From an uncultured Coriobacteriia bacterium (GTDB lineage: Bacteria; Actinomycetota; Coriobacteriia; Anaerosomatales; PALSA-660): a stretch of DNA of 64,000 nucleotides. This document shows positions 18,255-29,146 of the stretch, piece after piece. The position numbers and the translations under genes were made by a program. Position 1 is the first letter of the stretch, and the number at the start of each line of letters is the position of its first letter. Under the pieces are notes generated by a model. It did no database searches. It worked only from the letters and a program-made list of their open reading frames with translations, and had not been told where the DNA came from. The stretch lies in assembly GCA_963726435.1 (NCBI GenBank), contig CAVSCJ010000001.1, positions 199,208 to 263,207 of the forward strand. Direction: 5' to 3'.

Positions 18255-19298
18255 ATGGAGCGACGCGAGTTCTGCCGGTTGGTCGGCGTGTGTTCGGTAG
18301 TCGGTTGTGCCGGGGGGTTGGCCGGCTGCGCGCGTCTGCTCGACTGGTCGTCGTCGGACACCACCCCAGCGGTCCGCGAGCTCAAGCCGAGCCGCGCTGT
18401 CCCCTCTCCCGGCGCGACCTCCACGGTGGTTCCGTCCGCCTCCGCGAGCGAGACCGAGTCCGCGGCGACGACCGGCGCGCCGGCGACCTCCGGCCCACCC
18501 GACCTCGCGATGTTCGTGGGTGACGACCCAGGGCTCAACGCCAGGGCCGCGGTCGCGGCGCTCGGCGGGATGACCCGGTTCGTCCGCCGAGGCGACCGCG
18601 TCTTGGTCAAGCCGAACGCCGTCGTGGGACGCGCGCCCGAGATCGGCGCCACGACCAATCCCTTCGTCGTCGCTGCCATCGTCGAGATGGCCATCGGAGC
18701 GGGCGCGGCGGACGTCGTGGTCGCCGACCGGCCGACCGGGGCCGTCCGGAACGCCTTCGAGGTCAGCGGCATCGCGAAAGCGGTCGCCGACGCGGGCGGT
18801 CGCGTGAAGTACCTCTCGGACCGCGACTTCGTCAACACGGCGATCCCGAACGGCCTGGTGCTGAAAGCGTGGCCGATACTGCAGGACGTCTTCGACGCCG
18901 ACGTGTTCATCAACGTGCCTATCGCGAAGACCCACGCCATGGCCGGCCTGACCCTGTCGATGAAGAACCTCATGGGGATCCTCGGCGGATCGCGGGGCAA
19001 CATGCACCAGGACTTCGACCAGAAGATCGTCGACGTCAACTCGCTCGTGCGTCCCCACCTCGTCGTGCTCGACGCCTACCGCATCATGATCCGAAACGGG
19101 CCGACAGGCGGCAGCCCGGCCGACCTACGGATGGCGAAGACGTGCATCGCTGGGACCGACCCTGTCGCGGTCGACTCCCTCGCGACCTCGCTGTTCGGCA
19201 TGAAGCCGTCCGATCTCGGCTACCTCGTCAACGCCGCGGGGCGCGGCATCGGCGTGACCGACCTGTCGAAGGTCACGGTCCTGAGGGGCAAGTCATGA
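18255..19298 (+). CDS. DUF362 domain protein with N-terminal export signal (Tat/lipoprotein-like)
   Basis: MERREFCRLVGVCSVVGCAGGLAGC..., then a Ser/Thr/Pro linker. The DUF362 core follows: RFVRRGDRVLVKPNAV...NVPIAKTHAMAGLTLSMKNLMG...VLDAYRIMIRNGP. The stop overlaps the next gene's start (ATGA). Confidence 0.75.
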   Translation: MERREFCRLVGVCSVVGCAGGLAGCARLLDWSSSDTTPAVRELKPSRAVPSPGATSTVVPSASASETESAATTGAPATSGPPDLAMFVGDDPGLNARAAVAALGGMTRFVRRGDRVLVKPNAVVGRAPEIGATTNPFVVAAIVEMAIGAGAADVVVADRPTGAVRNAFEVSGIAKAVADAGGRVKYLSDRDFVNTAIPNGLVLKAWPILQDVFDADVFINVPIAKTHAMAGLTLSMKNLMGILGGSRGNMHQDFDQKIVDVNSLVRPHLVVLDAYRIMIRNGPTGGSPADLRMAKTCIAGTDPVAVDSLATSLFGMKPSDLGYLVNAAGRGIGVTDLSKVTVLRGKS

Positions 19299-20899
19299 GC
19301 GACACGACTGACTCCCCGGCCGCTGGCCGCCAGTCTGAGCCCCCCGACCGTCGCCGTCCGGGCGTCCACCGCCTCCGCCGCGCGATGCAGATCGGCTTCC
19401 TGATCCTGTTCCTCGTCCTGCTGACGCTCACCGTCTGGCCGCTCGGACAGGTCTACCTCGGTGCGTTCCTGCTCGCCGACCCGCTCATCGCTGTCAATTC
19501 GATAGTCGGCGGAGTCTGGAAGCCGGCGATGTTGCTCGCGGGCGTGATGCTGCTGCTTCCGCTGGTGGCGGGCCGAGCGTTCTGCGGCTACGCGTGTCCG
19601 ACGGGGGCGCTGCTGGAGTGGACGACGCCGAAACGCAAGGCCGAGAAGCAGGGACTTCCCAAGCGATTCAACCGCTCGCGCGTTCCCGTGCGCGTGCGCG
19701 AAGCCCTGCGCAAGGCGCCTCCGTTCGTCCTGATCGGGAGCGCGGGGCTGCTGCTGTTCGCCTCCAGCTTCTACCTCTGGCTGGACCCGATCGCGACGAT
19801 CACACGTACCGCGACGGTCCTGCTCTATCCCCTGCTCGACCGCATCGTGCGTCTGACATCGGACGTGCTCTATCTCGCCCCGCCTCTGCAGCCCGCCGTG
19901 GACGCCGTGAACGGATTCCTCACGGGGCGCATCGTCTTCGCCCGCCCTCTGACCTTCGGGCTGACGGGCCTGGCCCTAGGCTGGGCGGTCCTCCTTGTCG
20001 GGCTCAACGTCCTCGAGCCGCGCTTGTGGTGCCGTCACATCTGCCCGCTCGGAGGCCTTCTCGGAATGGTGGGCCGCGTCGCTCCCTTCGGCCGAAACGT
20101 CGATGCCGAGACCTGCATCCACTGCGGAAGGTGCGAGCGGGTGTGCCCGCTCGACGCCGTGCGGGACGAGTACTTGGCGACCGACACGTCGCGATGCCAG
20201 CTATGCATGGACTGCGCCGACGTCTGTCCCACGGCAGCGATATCCACCGGAGTGCGCCCGGCTCGCGCGGTCTACTCGCCCGCGCGCCGGGCCCTGCTGG
20301 GGGCATCCGGGCTCGCGATGCTGAGCGGACTGGTCACCTACACGGGGCTGGCGCGCTTCGAGCGCGACGTCCGGCTCGTCCGCCCGCCCGGCGCCTCCGG
20401 CAACGCCGGCGTGCTCCAGCTGTGCACGCGCTGCGGCCAGTGCATGAAGGTGTGCCCGACCAACGTCATCCAGCCGTCCTTGGCGAAGTCCGGCCTCGAG
20501 GGCGTGTTCACCCCCGAGATGGACTACCGGGCCGGCTTCTGCGACTGGTCGTGCAACGAGTGCGGCAAGGTCTGCCCCACAGGAGCCATCATGCCGCTCG
20601 AACTCGAGGCGAAGCGCACGACGAAGATCGGGCGCGCGTACATCGACAAGAACCGCTGCATACCGTGGGCCGACTACAACACGTGCCTCGTGTGCCAGGA
20701 GCTCTGCCCGGTTCCCGACAAGGCGATAGCACTGACTCAGGTCGAGGTGACGAAGCCCGGCGGCGGGACGATCAAGCTCGCGCGCCCGGAGGTGGTGGCC
20801 GACCGCTGCATCGGGTGCGGGGTGTGCGAGAACGCCTGTCCCGTGGTGCACGAGTCCGCGATCCAGGTGCGGGCCATCGAACCGGAGCGGACGGCGTAG
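19295..20899 (+). CDS. Membrane-anchored polyferredoxin (NapH/MauN-like N-terminus plus multiple 4Fe-4S motifs)
   Basis: The ATG at 19295 is in frame within track ORF 18869..20899. TM segments carry FCGYACPTGALLEW and WCRHICPLGGL. Six Cys motifs follow: CIHCGRCERVCP, CQLCMDCADVCP, CTRCGQCMKVCP, CNECGKVCP, CLVCQELCP, CIGCGVCENACP. Confidence 0.8.
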   Translation: MSDTTDSPAAGRQSEPPDRRRPGVHRLRRAMQIGFLILFLVLLTLTVWPLGQVYLGAFLLADPLIAVNSIVGGVWKPAMLLAGVMLLLPLVAGRAFCGYACPTGALLEWTTPKRKAEKQGLPKRFNRSRVPVRVREALRKAPPFVLIGSAGLLLFASSFYLWLDPIATITRTATVLLYPLLDRIVRLTSDVLYLAPPLQPAVDAVNGFLTGRIVFARPLTFGLTGLALGWAVLLVGLNVLEPRLWCRHICPLGGLLGMVGRVAPFGRNVDAETCIHCGRCERVCPLDAVRDEYLATDTSRCQLCMDCADVCPTAAISTGVRPARAVYSPARRALLGASGLAMLSGLVTYTGLARFERDVRLVRPPGASGNAGVLQLCTRCGQCMKVCPTNVIQPSLAKSGLEGVFTPEMDYRAGFCDWSCNECGKVCPTGAIMPLELEAKRTTKIGRAYIDKNRCIPWADYNTCLVCQELCPVPDKAIALTQVEVTKPGGGTIKLARPEVVADRCIGCGVCENACPVVHESAIQVRAIEPERTA

Positions 20900-20931
20900 A
20901 GAGGGCATCCGGCGAGAGGCAGGCCAGCCGG

Positions 20932-21222
20932 TCACCGGACGCGTCTGACGTCGGTGGCGAGCACCAGTACCCGGTCGTCGAGCACCTCGACGATCCCGGC
21001 CTCCGCGATCGCGCGGCCAGCTGCCTCGCCCCGCCTCCACGTGATCTCACCGGCCGCGCTCCGCGCGAGAAGGGAACCGTGTCGGGGGCGTATCGTGATG
21101 TAGCTCCCCAGCTCAGCGCGGTCCTCGCGGCGGCGGAAGACCACTTCGTCGAGGCCCCGCTCGACAAGATGCGCCCCGGACGGGCACACGACCTCCAGCC
21201 TGATCGCCCCCATCGTCGCCAC
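20932..21222 (-). CDS. atpC: F1 ATP synthase epsilon subunit, short form (beta-sandwich only)
   Basis: 96-aa ORF 1 nt after the atpD stop: IRLEVVCPSGAHLVERGLDEVVF...ITIRPRHGSLLA...VEVLDDRVLVLA. No C-terminal helical hairpin is encoded before the stop. Confidence 0.7.
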   Translation of the reverse strand: MATMGAIRLEVVCPSGAHLVERGLDEVVFRRREDRAELGSYITIRPRHGSLLARSAAGEITWRRGEAAGRAIAEAGIVEVLDDRVLVLATDVRRVR

Positions 21223-21223
21223 C

Positions 21224-22840
<1,617 letters not shown>

Positions 22841-22847
<7 letters not shown>

Positions 22848-23791
22848 ACCCTTCCCCCGCCGAGAGCCGCCGCGCTATCGTTCTCCGCCTCGCGCACGCG
22901 AGACGCGAACAGCACGCCGATCAGATCGGAGGTGATGCTCTCCCGCCGCAGCCGGTTGTGGGTCACCCGAAGATCGTGGAGGGTCTTGTCGGCGCGCTCG
23001 GTCGCTTCCTCCATCGTTATCATCCGTGCTCCCTGCTCCGACGCGTACGACTCCAAGAGCACGTCTTCGACCTGCAGCCGCAGGAGTATGCCGAGCAGCT
23101 CGTCGAGGATGGCCGCGATGTCGGGCTCGTAGAACCACAGCTCGCCCGTGGAGACCTCGAGGAGGCCGGGACGGACCGCCGGGGCGCCCTCGAGCACGAG
23201 GGGGAGGAGCCGGACGATGCACGGCTCGCGCCGCAGAGGCGAGAAGAAGCGCGTGTAGGCGCACCACACCTCGTCGTGGGTGCCAGACAGGAACGCCTGC
23301 TGCATGGTGTCCGAGGCCTCGTCCACCTCGGCGTCCGTGACTCCCGCCCGCGGCCACCCGGACGCAGAGATCACCGTCGCAGACGTCTTGCGGCTGATGT
23401 AGCGCTCGCCCTTGCCACCCTTCGTGATGACGTCCACGCCGAAACCGAGCCGCTGCATCCGGGAGATGAACGACGACGCCATCCGGTTGATCGACATGTT
23501 GTAGGAACCGCACATCCCCCGGTCGCTGGCCAGATGGAGCAGCAGGATCCGGTTGACCGGACGGGGTGTCATGAAGCGTGAGACACGGGCCACGTCGATC
23601 CCTCGCCGTGCCGCGTAGGCCTGCTGGCGCTGGACCACCTGGCGCACCATCTCCGTGTACTCGCGGATGCCCGCCGCGCGTTCCTTCGAGCGCGAGAGCT
23701 TGGCGGACGCGACAGTGGCCATGGTGCGGACGACCGACCTGATGCTGTCGACCGTTCTCATCCTCTTGCGGACCTCGTAGAGCTTCTGCAT
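22841..23791 (-). CDS. atpG: F1 ATP synthase gamma subunit
   Basis: From the ATG at 23791: MQKLYEVRKRMRTVDSIRSVVRTMATVASAKL...DRGMCGSYN...ARMITMEEATERADKTLHDLRVTHNRLRRESITSDLIGV. The 83 extra N-terminal residues in the track ORF overlap atpA and are Arg-rich noise. Confidence 0.85.
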
Positions 23792-23801
23792 GAGTCCCGC
23801 G

Positions 23802-26033
23802 TCACCGCACTTCCGGCTGCATCGCCGTTTCGGCCGTCTCGATTTCTGCGGGCTGCGCCTCGTTGGCCGCTTCGGCGACCGCCTCGTCCCTCGGAGGGAC
23901 CTCGCCACCTTCTTCCGGCGCGCGCGCCCATTGCGCCAGGAACGCCTCGACCGCTTCGAGCATGGCTGACTCGAGCGCGGGGGTGAGCTCCGTCGCCGCC
24001 CGCACGTCGTCCATGAGGCTCGCCCTATGGACCTCCGCATACCGGAGCAGGTCCTGCTCTAGGAGCCCGAGCCCCTCGACCGGTATGTCCTGGAAGAGCC
24101 CGCTCACGACCGCGTAGAGCACGAGCACCTCGTGCTCGAGCGGCATCGGCTCGTGCTGTCCCTGCTTGAGCAGCTCCCGGCTCCTCTCGCCGCGTGCCAG
24201 CTGTTGCAGCGTGGCCGCGTCGACCTCCGCCCCGAACTTCACGAACTGCGCCATCTCCTGGTACTGGGCCAAGTCGATACGCAGCCTGCCGGCGACCTGC
24301 TTCATGACCTTCGCCTGAGCGGATCCGCCGACTCGTGACACCGACAGGCCGGCATCCATGGCCGGGCGCGTGCCTTCGTTGAACTGCGCCGTGTCGAGGT
24401 AGATCTGCCCGTCGCAGATCGAGATGACGTTGGTCGGGATGAAGGCGGATATGTCGCCGGCCAGCGTCTCGGCGATGGGGATCGCGGTCAGCGAGCCGCC
24501 GCCCCGCTCCTCGGACAGGTGGGCGGCACGTTCCAGCAGTCGCGAGTGGACGTAGAAGACGTCGCCCGGATACGCCTCGCGACCGACAGGACGTTTGAGC
24601 AGCGCCGACATCTCCCGGTAGGTCACCGCGTGCTTAGTCAGGTCGTCGTAGACTACGAGCGCGTCCTTCCCCATCTCCATGAAGTACTCGCCCATGGCGC
24701 ACGCCGCATACGGTGCGACGTAGCGGAACGCCGGCGGTTCGTTGGAGAGCGCCACGACCACGGACGTGTACTCCATGGCCCCGTTCTCCTCGAGAGTCCG
24801 GACCGCACGCGCGATCGACGAGGCCTTCTGCCCGATCGCCGCGTAGATACACATGACCCCCGTGCCGCGCTGACTGAGGATGGTGTCGATGGCGATCGTG
24901 GTCTTGCCGATCTTGCGGTCGCCGATGATTAGCTCCCGCTGCCCCCGACCCAGCGGAACCAGCGCGTCGATGACCTTGATGCCCGTGTGCAGCGGGGTGT
25001 TCACCGGCAAGCGGTCGACGACGCCCGGAGCCTTGCGCTCCACAGGCATGTGGGACGTCGGGACGATAGGCCCCCTCCCGTCGATGGGCTGGCCCAGCGC
25101 GTTGACTATCCTGCCCATCATCGTGTCGCCCACGGGCACTGTGAGAAGGTGCCCCGTGCACTGCACGCCGCTACCCTCGCGGATGCCCTCCTCCCGGCCG
25201 AGCAGGATGCATCCGACCTTGTCGCCCATGAGGCTGAACGCCAGGCCCTGCACGCCTCCTTCGAACTCTACGAGCTCCTGGGACCCTACGTCGCGAAGGC
25301 CTGCGACGAGCGCGACACCGTCGCCGACCTCCAGGACCGTCCCCGTCTGTGTCGCGCCTTCGAGGCGCAGTTCGTGCTCGGTCTCCTCGATCGTGCCCCG
25401 GAGGAACTCGCCGACCCCCAAGGGAGTCGCGGTGCCGGCGTCCTGCCTCTCCCTGATCGTCCTCTCGAGCTCGGCGACCCACGTGTAGCGTTGGTCGAGC
25501 ACGATCCTGCGGTCCGACCCCATCTGGAGCGAGACGTTCGACTCGAGGCGCGGCTCCACGACGGTCTCGACTTCTATCTGCCTGCCCGCGGCGAGGGTGA
25601 GTTTGGCTCCGAGCGCATCCACCACGTCCGAATCCACCGGCGTCCGCGATCGCAACACCACACTGTGGCCGCCCATCTCCGCCAAGAGCCGCCCCAGGTT
25701 GCTCTCGCGGACCTCCGGCCTGACGTGCGGATCGAAGTCTGCCACGGCGTCCGCGGCCGAGCGGACCGCCTCGTCAGGGAGCGCGCCCTCCGTCGCGCGG
25801 TCCAGGACCTCCTTGAGCTCGGCGAGAGGCCGCTCGAAGTCCCACGACACGTTGCGGTGTCCGTCGATGACCAGCGACGCGGAGTGGGTCCGTTCGTCGA
25901 TGAGTTCGGTCACGCGAACGGGGCGCGCGAGAGCCGCCTCGAGATGCTCCCGCACGCTCTCCGATACGTCAGCGCCGAGCGGCACAGGAGTCCTGATGAC
26001 AGCCTCGACGGGCCGGCCCGCGGACGGAGCCAC
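23802..26033 (-). CDS. atpA: F1 ATP synthase alpha subunit with a ~215-aa N-terminal extension made of two delta/OSCP C-terminal-domain-like modules, plus an acidic C-terminal tail
   Basis: 743-aa ORF with a GTG start. The alpha core starts near residue 215: GTVLEVGDGVALVAGL...GDRKIGKTTIAIDTI...PGREAYPGDVFYVHSRLLERA. Residues ~10-75 and ~133-205 each resemble the delta C-terminal domain (..V.R...P....V...L...L.....V.....D/E.R......G......D....AEL...). There is no separate atpH between b' and alpha. Confidence 0.8.
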   Translation of the reverse strand: MAPSAGRPVEAVIRTPVPLGADVSESVREHLEAALARPVRVTELIDERTHSASLVIDGHRNVSWDFERPLAELKEVLDRATEGALPDEAVRSAADAVADFDPHVRPEVRESNLGRLLAEMGGHSVVLRSRTPVDSDVVDALGAKLTLAAGRQIEVETVVEPRLESNVSLQMGSDRRIVLDQRYTWVAELERTIRERQDAGTATPLGVGEFLRGTIEETEHELRLEGATQTGTVLEVGDGVALVAGLRDVGSQELVEFEGGVQGLAFSLMGDKVGCILLGREEGIREGSGVQCTGHLLTVPVGDTMMGRIVNALGQPIDGRGPIVPTSHMPVERKAPGVVDRLPVNTPLHTGIKVIDALVPLGRGQRELIIGDRKIGKTTIAIDTILSQRGTGVMCIYAAIGQKASSIARAVRTLEENGAMEYTSVVVALSNEPPAFRYVAPYAACAMGEYFMEMGKDALVVYDDLTKHAVTYREMSALLKRPVGREAYPGDVFYVHSRLLERAAHLSEERGGGSLTAIPIAETLAGDISAFIPTNVISICDGQIYLDTAQFNEGTRPAMDAGLSVSRVGGSAQAKVMKQVAGRLRIDLAQYQEMAQFVKFGAEVDAATLQQLARGERSRELLKQGQHEPMPLEHEVLVLYAVVSGLFQDIPVEGLGLLEQDLLRYAEVHRASLMDDVRAATELTPALESAMLEAVEAFLAQWARAPEEGGEVPPRDEAVAEAANEAQPAEIETAETAMQPEVR

Positions 26034-26059
26034 GACTTCTCACCCCGCTTCCCCTTGGC

Positions 26060-26617
26060 TCAGGCGAGCGCGACCCTGTCCAGGTCGTCCAGGCTCTCCA
26101 GGATCGTCCGGCGCACCATCTCCCGCTGCGCCTGAGGCGCCAGTCCCTGGTCCAGCATCTGGCGTGTGGCCATGACGACCACGTCCACGAGCTGGCTGTG
26201 GATCCTGCTCAGCGTCTCGGATCGCTCCCGGTCCAAGTTCTCGCGAGCCTGTTTGAGGATCTCCTCGACCTCCGCGGACGTCGCTTGTTCGGCATCGATC
26301 GCCTCTTGCTCCGCTGCCGCCCGCGCCTCCTTGAGTTGCGCGCGCGCGGCGGCCCGCACATGCGCGATCTCCGCCTTGGCTTCCTTGCGGGCAAAGACGA
26401 GCCCGTCGTCTGCCGCGTCGATGCGCGCGATCTGCGCCTCGACCCGCTTGCGACGTTCGACGAGCATGTTGCCCAGGAAGCCCTTGCTCTTCTTGCCGAA
26501 GCCGAAGGCGACCGCCTTGATGATGAGCAGGAGCACCGCGAACTGCACCAGCTCGATCGCGAACTTCAGTGGATCGAGAGCTACCTCGTGCACCACGGCT
26601 GTCAGGAGTTCGATCAT
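26060..26617 (-). CDS. Fo ATP synthase b-type subunit (second copy, b-prime-like)
   Basis: 185-aa ORF with one N-terminal TM helix (FAIELVQFAVLLLIIKAVAFGF). A long Ala/Glu/Arg-rich coiled-coil follows (RRKRVEAQIARIDAA...AKAEIAHVRAAARAQLKEARAAAEQEA). Confidence 0.75.
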   Translation of the reverse strand: MIELLTAVVHEVALDPLKFAIELVQFAVLLLIIKAVAFGFGKKSKGFLGNMLVERRKRVEAQIARIDAADDGLVFARKEAKAEIAHVRAAARAQLKEARAAAEQEAIDAEQATSAEVEEILKQARENLDRERSETLSRIHSQLVDVVVMATRQMLDQGLAPQAQREMVRRTILESLDDLDRVALA

Positions 26618-26636
26618 CTCCTACGTCCACCTCACT

Positions 26637-27131
26637 TCAGCGAAGGGTCTTGGCTATCGCGCGGTCGACGTTCGATTCGACGACAGCGCGGTCGACCGAG
26701 CCGAACAGCTTCTCGCACGAGAGCGAGACGCATTCGAGTGCCTCGGTCCGCAACCGGCCTCGCTCCGACTCGGCCTCCTCGAGGATCGACGCCCTGCCCT
26801 CCTCCAGGAGCACCTCCGTCTGCGCGCGAGCCGCGGCGAGCCTCGCCTCGTGCACCTCGTCGGCCTCGGCGCGCGACCGCTCGACCGCCTCGCGGACCTT
26901 CTCGTTCGTCTCCTCGCCGATGCGGGCCGCCTCCTGTCCGGCGGCATCGAGGATGCGCTGCGCCTCGGCGTACTTCTCCTCGGCCTCGAGCCGTCGTGCG
27001 TTCCGGCGTTCCATCACTTCGATGGTGGGCAGGAAGAAGACCTTGCGCATCACCAAGTAGGTGACCGAGAACGTGGCGATGGTAGCGGCCACGACCGCGG
27101 GGTCCAGTTGTTTGAGCGGGTTCAGTTCCAT
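26637..27131 (-). CDS. atpF: Fo ATP synthase b subunit
   Basis: From the ATG at 27131 (RBS GGTGAGGGGG): MELNPLKQLDPAVVAATIATFSVTYLVMRKVFFLPTIEVMERRNARRLEAEEKYAEAQRILDAA.... This is one TM helix plus a coiled-coil. Confidence 0.75.
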   Translation of the reverse strand: MELNPLKQLDPAVVAATIATFSVTYLVMRKVFFLPTIEVMERRNARRLEAEEKYAEAQRILDAAGQEAARIGEETNEKVREAVERSRAEADEVHEARLAAARAQTEVLLEEGRASILEEAESERGRLRTEALECVSLSCEKLFGSVDRAVVESNVDRAIAKTLR

Positions 27132-27160
27132 GGCAAGCCCCCTCACCAGCCTTGCTGGCC

Positions 27161-27397
27161 CTAGGCGGCCGTAAGGGTCCCGGCCAGCATCAGGGACACG
27201 ACCAGGCAGTAGATGCACAGCGCCTCGATCAGCGCCATGCCTATCAGCATCGCGGTGAACAGCTGCGGCGCGATCTCGGGCTGCCGGGTCATCCCCTCGA
27301 CGGCCGAGACGGATATCCGTCTCATCGACAGCGCCGCGATCACCGCGCCGATGATGATCGGCAGCGTGGTGATGAGTGTCAGCAGGACCTTGTTCAT
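27161..27397 (-). CDS. atpE: Fo ATP synthase c subunit
   Basis: From the ATG at 27397 (RBS GAGGAGGGG): MNKVLLTLITTLPIIIGAVIAALSM...EGMTRQPEIAPQLFTAMLIGMALIEALCIYCLVVSLML. This is the two-helix hairpin with the ion-binding Glu in ALIEAL. Confidence 0.85.
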   Translation of the reverse strand: MNKVLLTLITTLPIIIGAVIAALSMRRISVSAVEGMTRQPEIAPQLFTAMLIGMALIEALCIYCLVVSLMLAGTLTAA

Positions 27398-27410
27398 CTT
27401 CAACCCCTCC

Positions 27411-28220
27411 TCAAAGGACCCGATCCCTCCACCCAGCTCCAAGCTCGGGCGGCCGTTCTAACCTGCGACGCGCGCCGTTCGGACTCGCTGCCGCAGCGGC
27501 CTGGGCCGCCGCGGCCGGAACCAGCTCGCGTCGCGCCGCTTGCTCGCCCGCGACCGCATCACCAGCGTTCTCCTCTTCGTGCCTCTTGTGGATCACTCCC
27601 GCCACGAAGCTGGTCGTCAGCAGCGTGAAGACCAGTGCCTGCACGAACGCCGGGATGAGCCCGAGGACGTGCAGGATGAGCGGGATCCCGTACGGGACGG
27701 TGGACATCACCAGCACCACGGTCATGTGCTCGCCGCCGATGTTGCCGAACAGACGCAATGACAGCGACATCACGTCCGTGAACTCCGAGATCAGCTGCAG
27801 GGGGTTCGGCCACACCAGATGCTTCAGCGCCCCCATGATCCCGTTCAGCGCGCCGCTGACAACGAGGGTGCCGCCGACCGCGCAGAGCGCCAGCCCCAAG
27901 GGCACGCTGAAGTATGCCGTCGGCGGGTTGTTGAGCAGCGGCAGAGGCAACATGCCCATGACGTTACTGAGCAGGATGAACAGGAAGCAGGTGGCAAGGA
28001 ACGGAGCCACCGCCTTCACGACACGGCTGTCGCCCATGTCGCGGGTCTTGTTCACGAAGAAGTCGAGCACGAACTCCCCGACGTTCTGCCGCGCGTCCGG
28101 CACCCCATCTGTCAGCTGTCCCGAGGCGAGCTTGCGACCGACCACGATCATGACTATCGCGACCAGCGCGAAGTTCACCATCACGATGTAGGACATGTAG
28201 TGCTCGAGCAGCGCCTCCAC
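27411..28220 (-). CDS. atpB: Fo ATP synthase a subunit with a low-complexity C-terminal tail
   Basis: 269-aa polytopic ORF with a GTG start: ...SLSLRLFGNIGGEHMTVVLV...LGLIPAFVQALVFTLLT. It contains the conserved Arg of the a subunit. The last ~55 aa are Ala/Arg-rich. Confidence 0.8.
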   Translation of the reverse strand: MEALLEHYMSYIVMVNFALVAIVMIVVGRKLASGQLTDGVPDARQNVGEFVLDFFVNKTRDMGDSRVVKAVAPFLATCFLFILLSNVMGMLPLPLLNNPPTAYFSVPLGLALCAVGGTLVVSGALNGIMGALKHLVWPNPLQLISEFTDVMSLSLRLFGNIGGEHMTVVLVMSTVPYGIPLILHVLGLIPAFVQALVFTLLTTSFVAGVIHKRHEEENAGDAVAGEQAARRELVPAAAAQAAAAASPNGARRRLERPPELGAGWRDRVL

Positions 28221-28279
28221 GACTACTCAACCCCTCCCAACCATTCGGTCGCCCCTCGCCGCTCGGCGCGACGGAGGAG

Positions 28280-28682
28280 TCACGCGAGAGTGAGGGCCCT
28301 CCTGCCCTCGGAGACGAGCAGGACCGCGTCGGCCGCGACCATGCCCGCGACGACCCCCCACATGTCGACAAGCGCCGGAGCCACGAATGCCACAACCATC
28401 AGGAGCGCGACCCCCAAGAACCGCACGTCCCATGAGCACGCCCGCGAGGGTTCCCGCGCGCGCCGGCTGGCCGGCCTCCAGCGCAGTCCTACCCGAACGT
28501 GCTGCGGCCGCGATCGTGCCGAAGGCGAGCGCCGCGGAGGCCGCGGCCCCTACTCCGAACGCAAGCCTGCCCGTCGCAAGGACGCTGAGCGCCGCGATCG
28601 CACCGACCGCCGACACGACGAGGATGGCGCGCGACGCCTGTCCTATCCCCGGCCCGCTGTCTCCCCGGCCGCATGGTCGCAC
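28280..28682 (-). CDS. atpI: AtpI-like small membrane protein, one frameshift near 28421 as sequenced
   Basis: The track ORF 28227..28682 is hydrophobic up to ...TLAGVLMGRA and then turns Arg-rich. Shifting one frame at about 28421 restores FLGVALLMVVAFVAPALVDMWGVVAGMVAADAVLLVSEGRRALTLA, with a stop at 28280-28282. Confidence 0.55.
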
Positions 28683-28686
28683 CCGC

Positions 28687-28947
28687 CTAGTCCCACTCTT
28701 TGCGGAGGCGCAGCATGTCCCGCACGGCCAAGGCGACTGCGAGGAGCAGACCGACGCCCGTCAGATACGGGAAGAACCCGAGCCATCGGTCAGCGGCATA
28801 GCCGATCAGCCCACCGGCCAGCAGGTAGCTGGGGATGAGTGACCAGACCGAGATGATGCGCAGGAACTCGCGCGGGATCAGTTCGACGTGCTTGTCGTGC
28901 TGCTCGTCCGGCGCGATCCCCGCCGAACCGGTGGAAGCCGGAGTCAT
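28687..28947 (-). CDS. atpZ: AtpZ/AtpI-family small membrane protein preceding the ATP synthase genes
   Basis: FLRIISVWSLIPSYLLAGGLIGYAADRWLGFFPYLTGVGLLLAVALAVRDM matches the putative F0F1-ATPase-associated two-TM family. The ATG at 28947 follows GAGAGGGGG. The track start is 28980. Confidence 0.6.
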   Translation of the reverse strand: MTPASTGSAGIAPDEQHDKHVELIPREFLRIISVWSLIPSYLLAGGLIGYAADRWLGFFPYLTGVGLLLAVALAVRDMLRLRKEWD

Positions 28948-29146
28948 GCAACCCGCCCCCTCTCGCGCGCCGCCGGACACTCCGCCGGGGTGCAGCTTCC
29001 TTCTCGAGAGGGCCCGCTTTGGGTCGCGCCCCGGTGGTCGACCGGGTCTGCTGGATCCGGGTCGGAACCCGAACCACTATTTAGCAGTACCCCGGTTCGG
29101 GGCGCGAGAAACACCGGTCGCGGAATAGGCGAGCGCGGTCCCGCCC

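Noticed and set aside
18869-19294. 142-aa N-terminal extension of the polyferredoxin ORF
   Set aside because: It overlaps the conserved DUF362 gene out of frame and is Arg-rich. The ATG at 19295 overlaps the DUF362 stop (ATGA) and is followed immediately by the hydrophobic NapH-like N-terminus.
28981-29146. Promoter or regulatory RNA upstream of the atp operon
   Set aside because: Only short imperfect hairpins are present, plus a TAAATA box without a properly spaced -35 element. This is not enough to call a feature.
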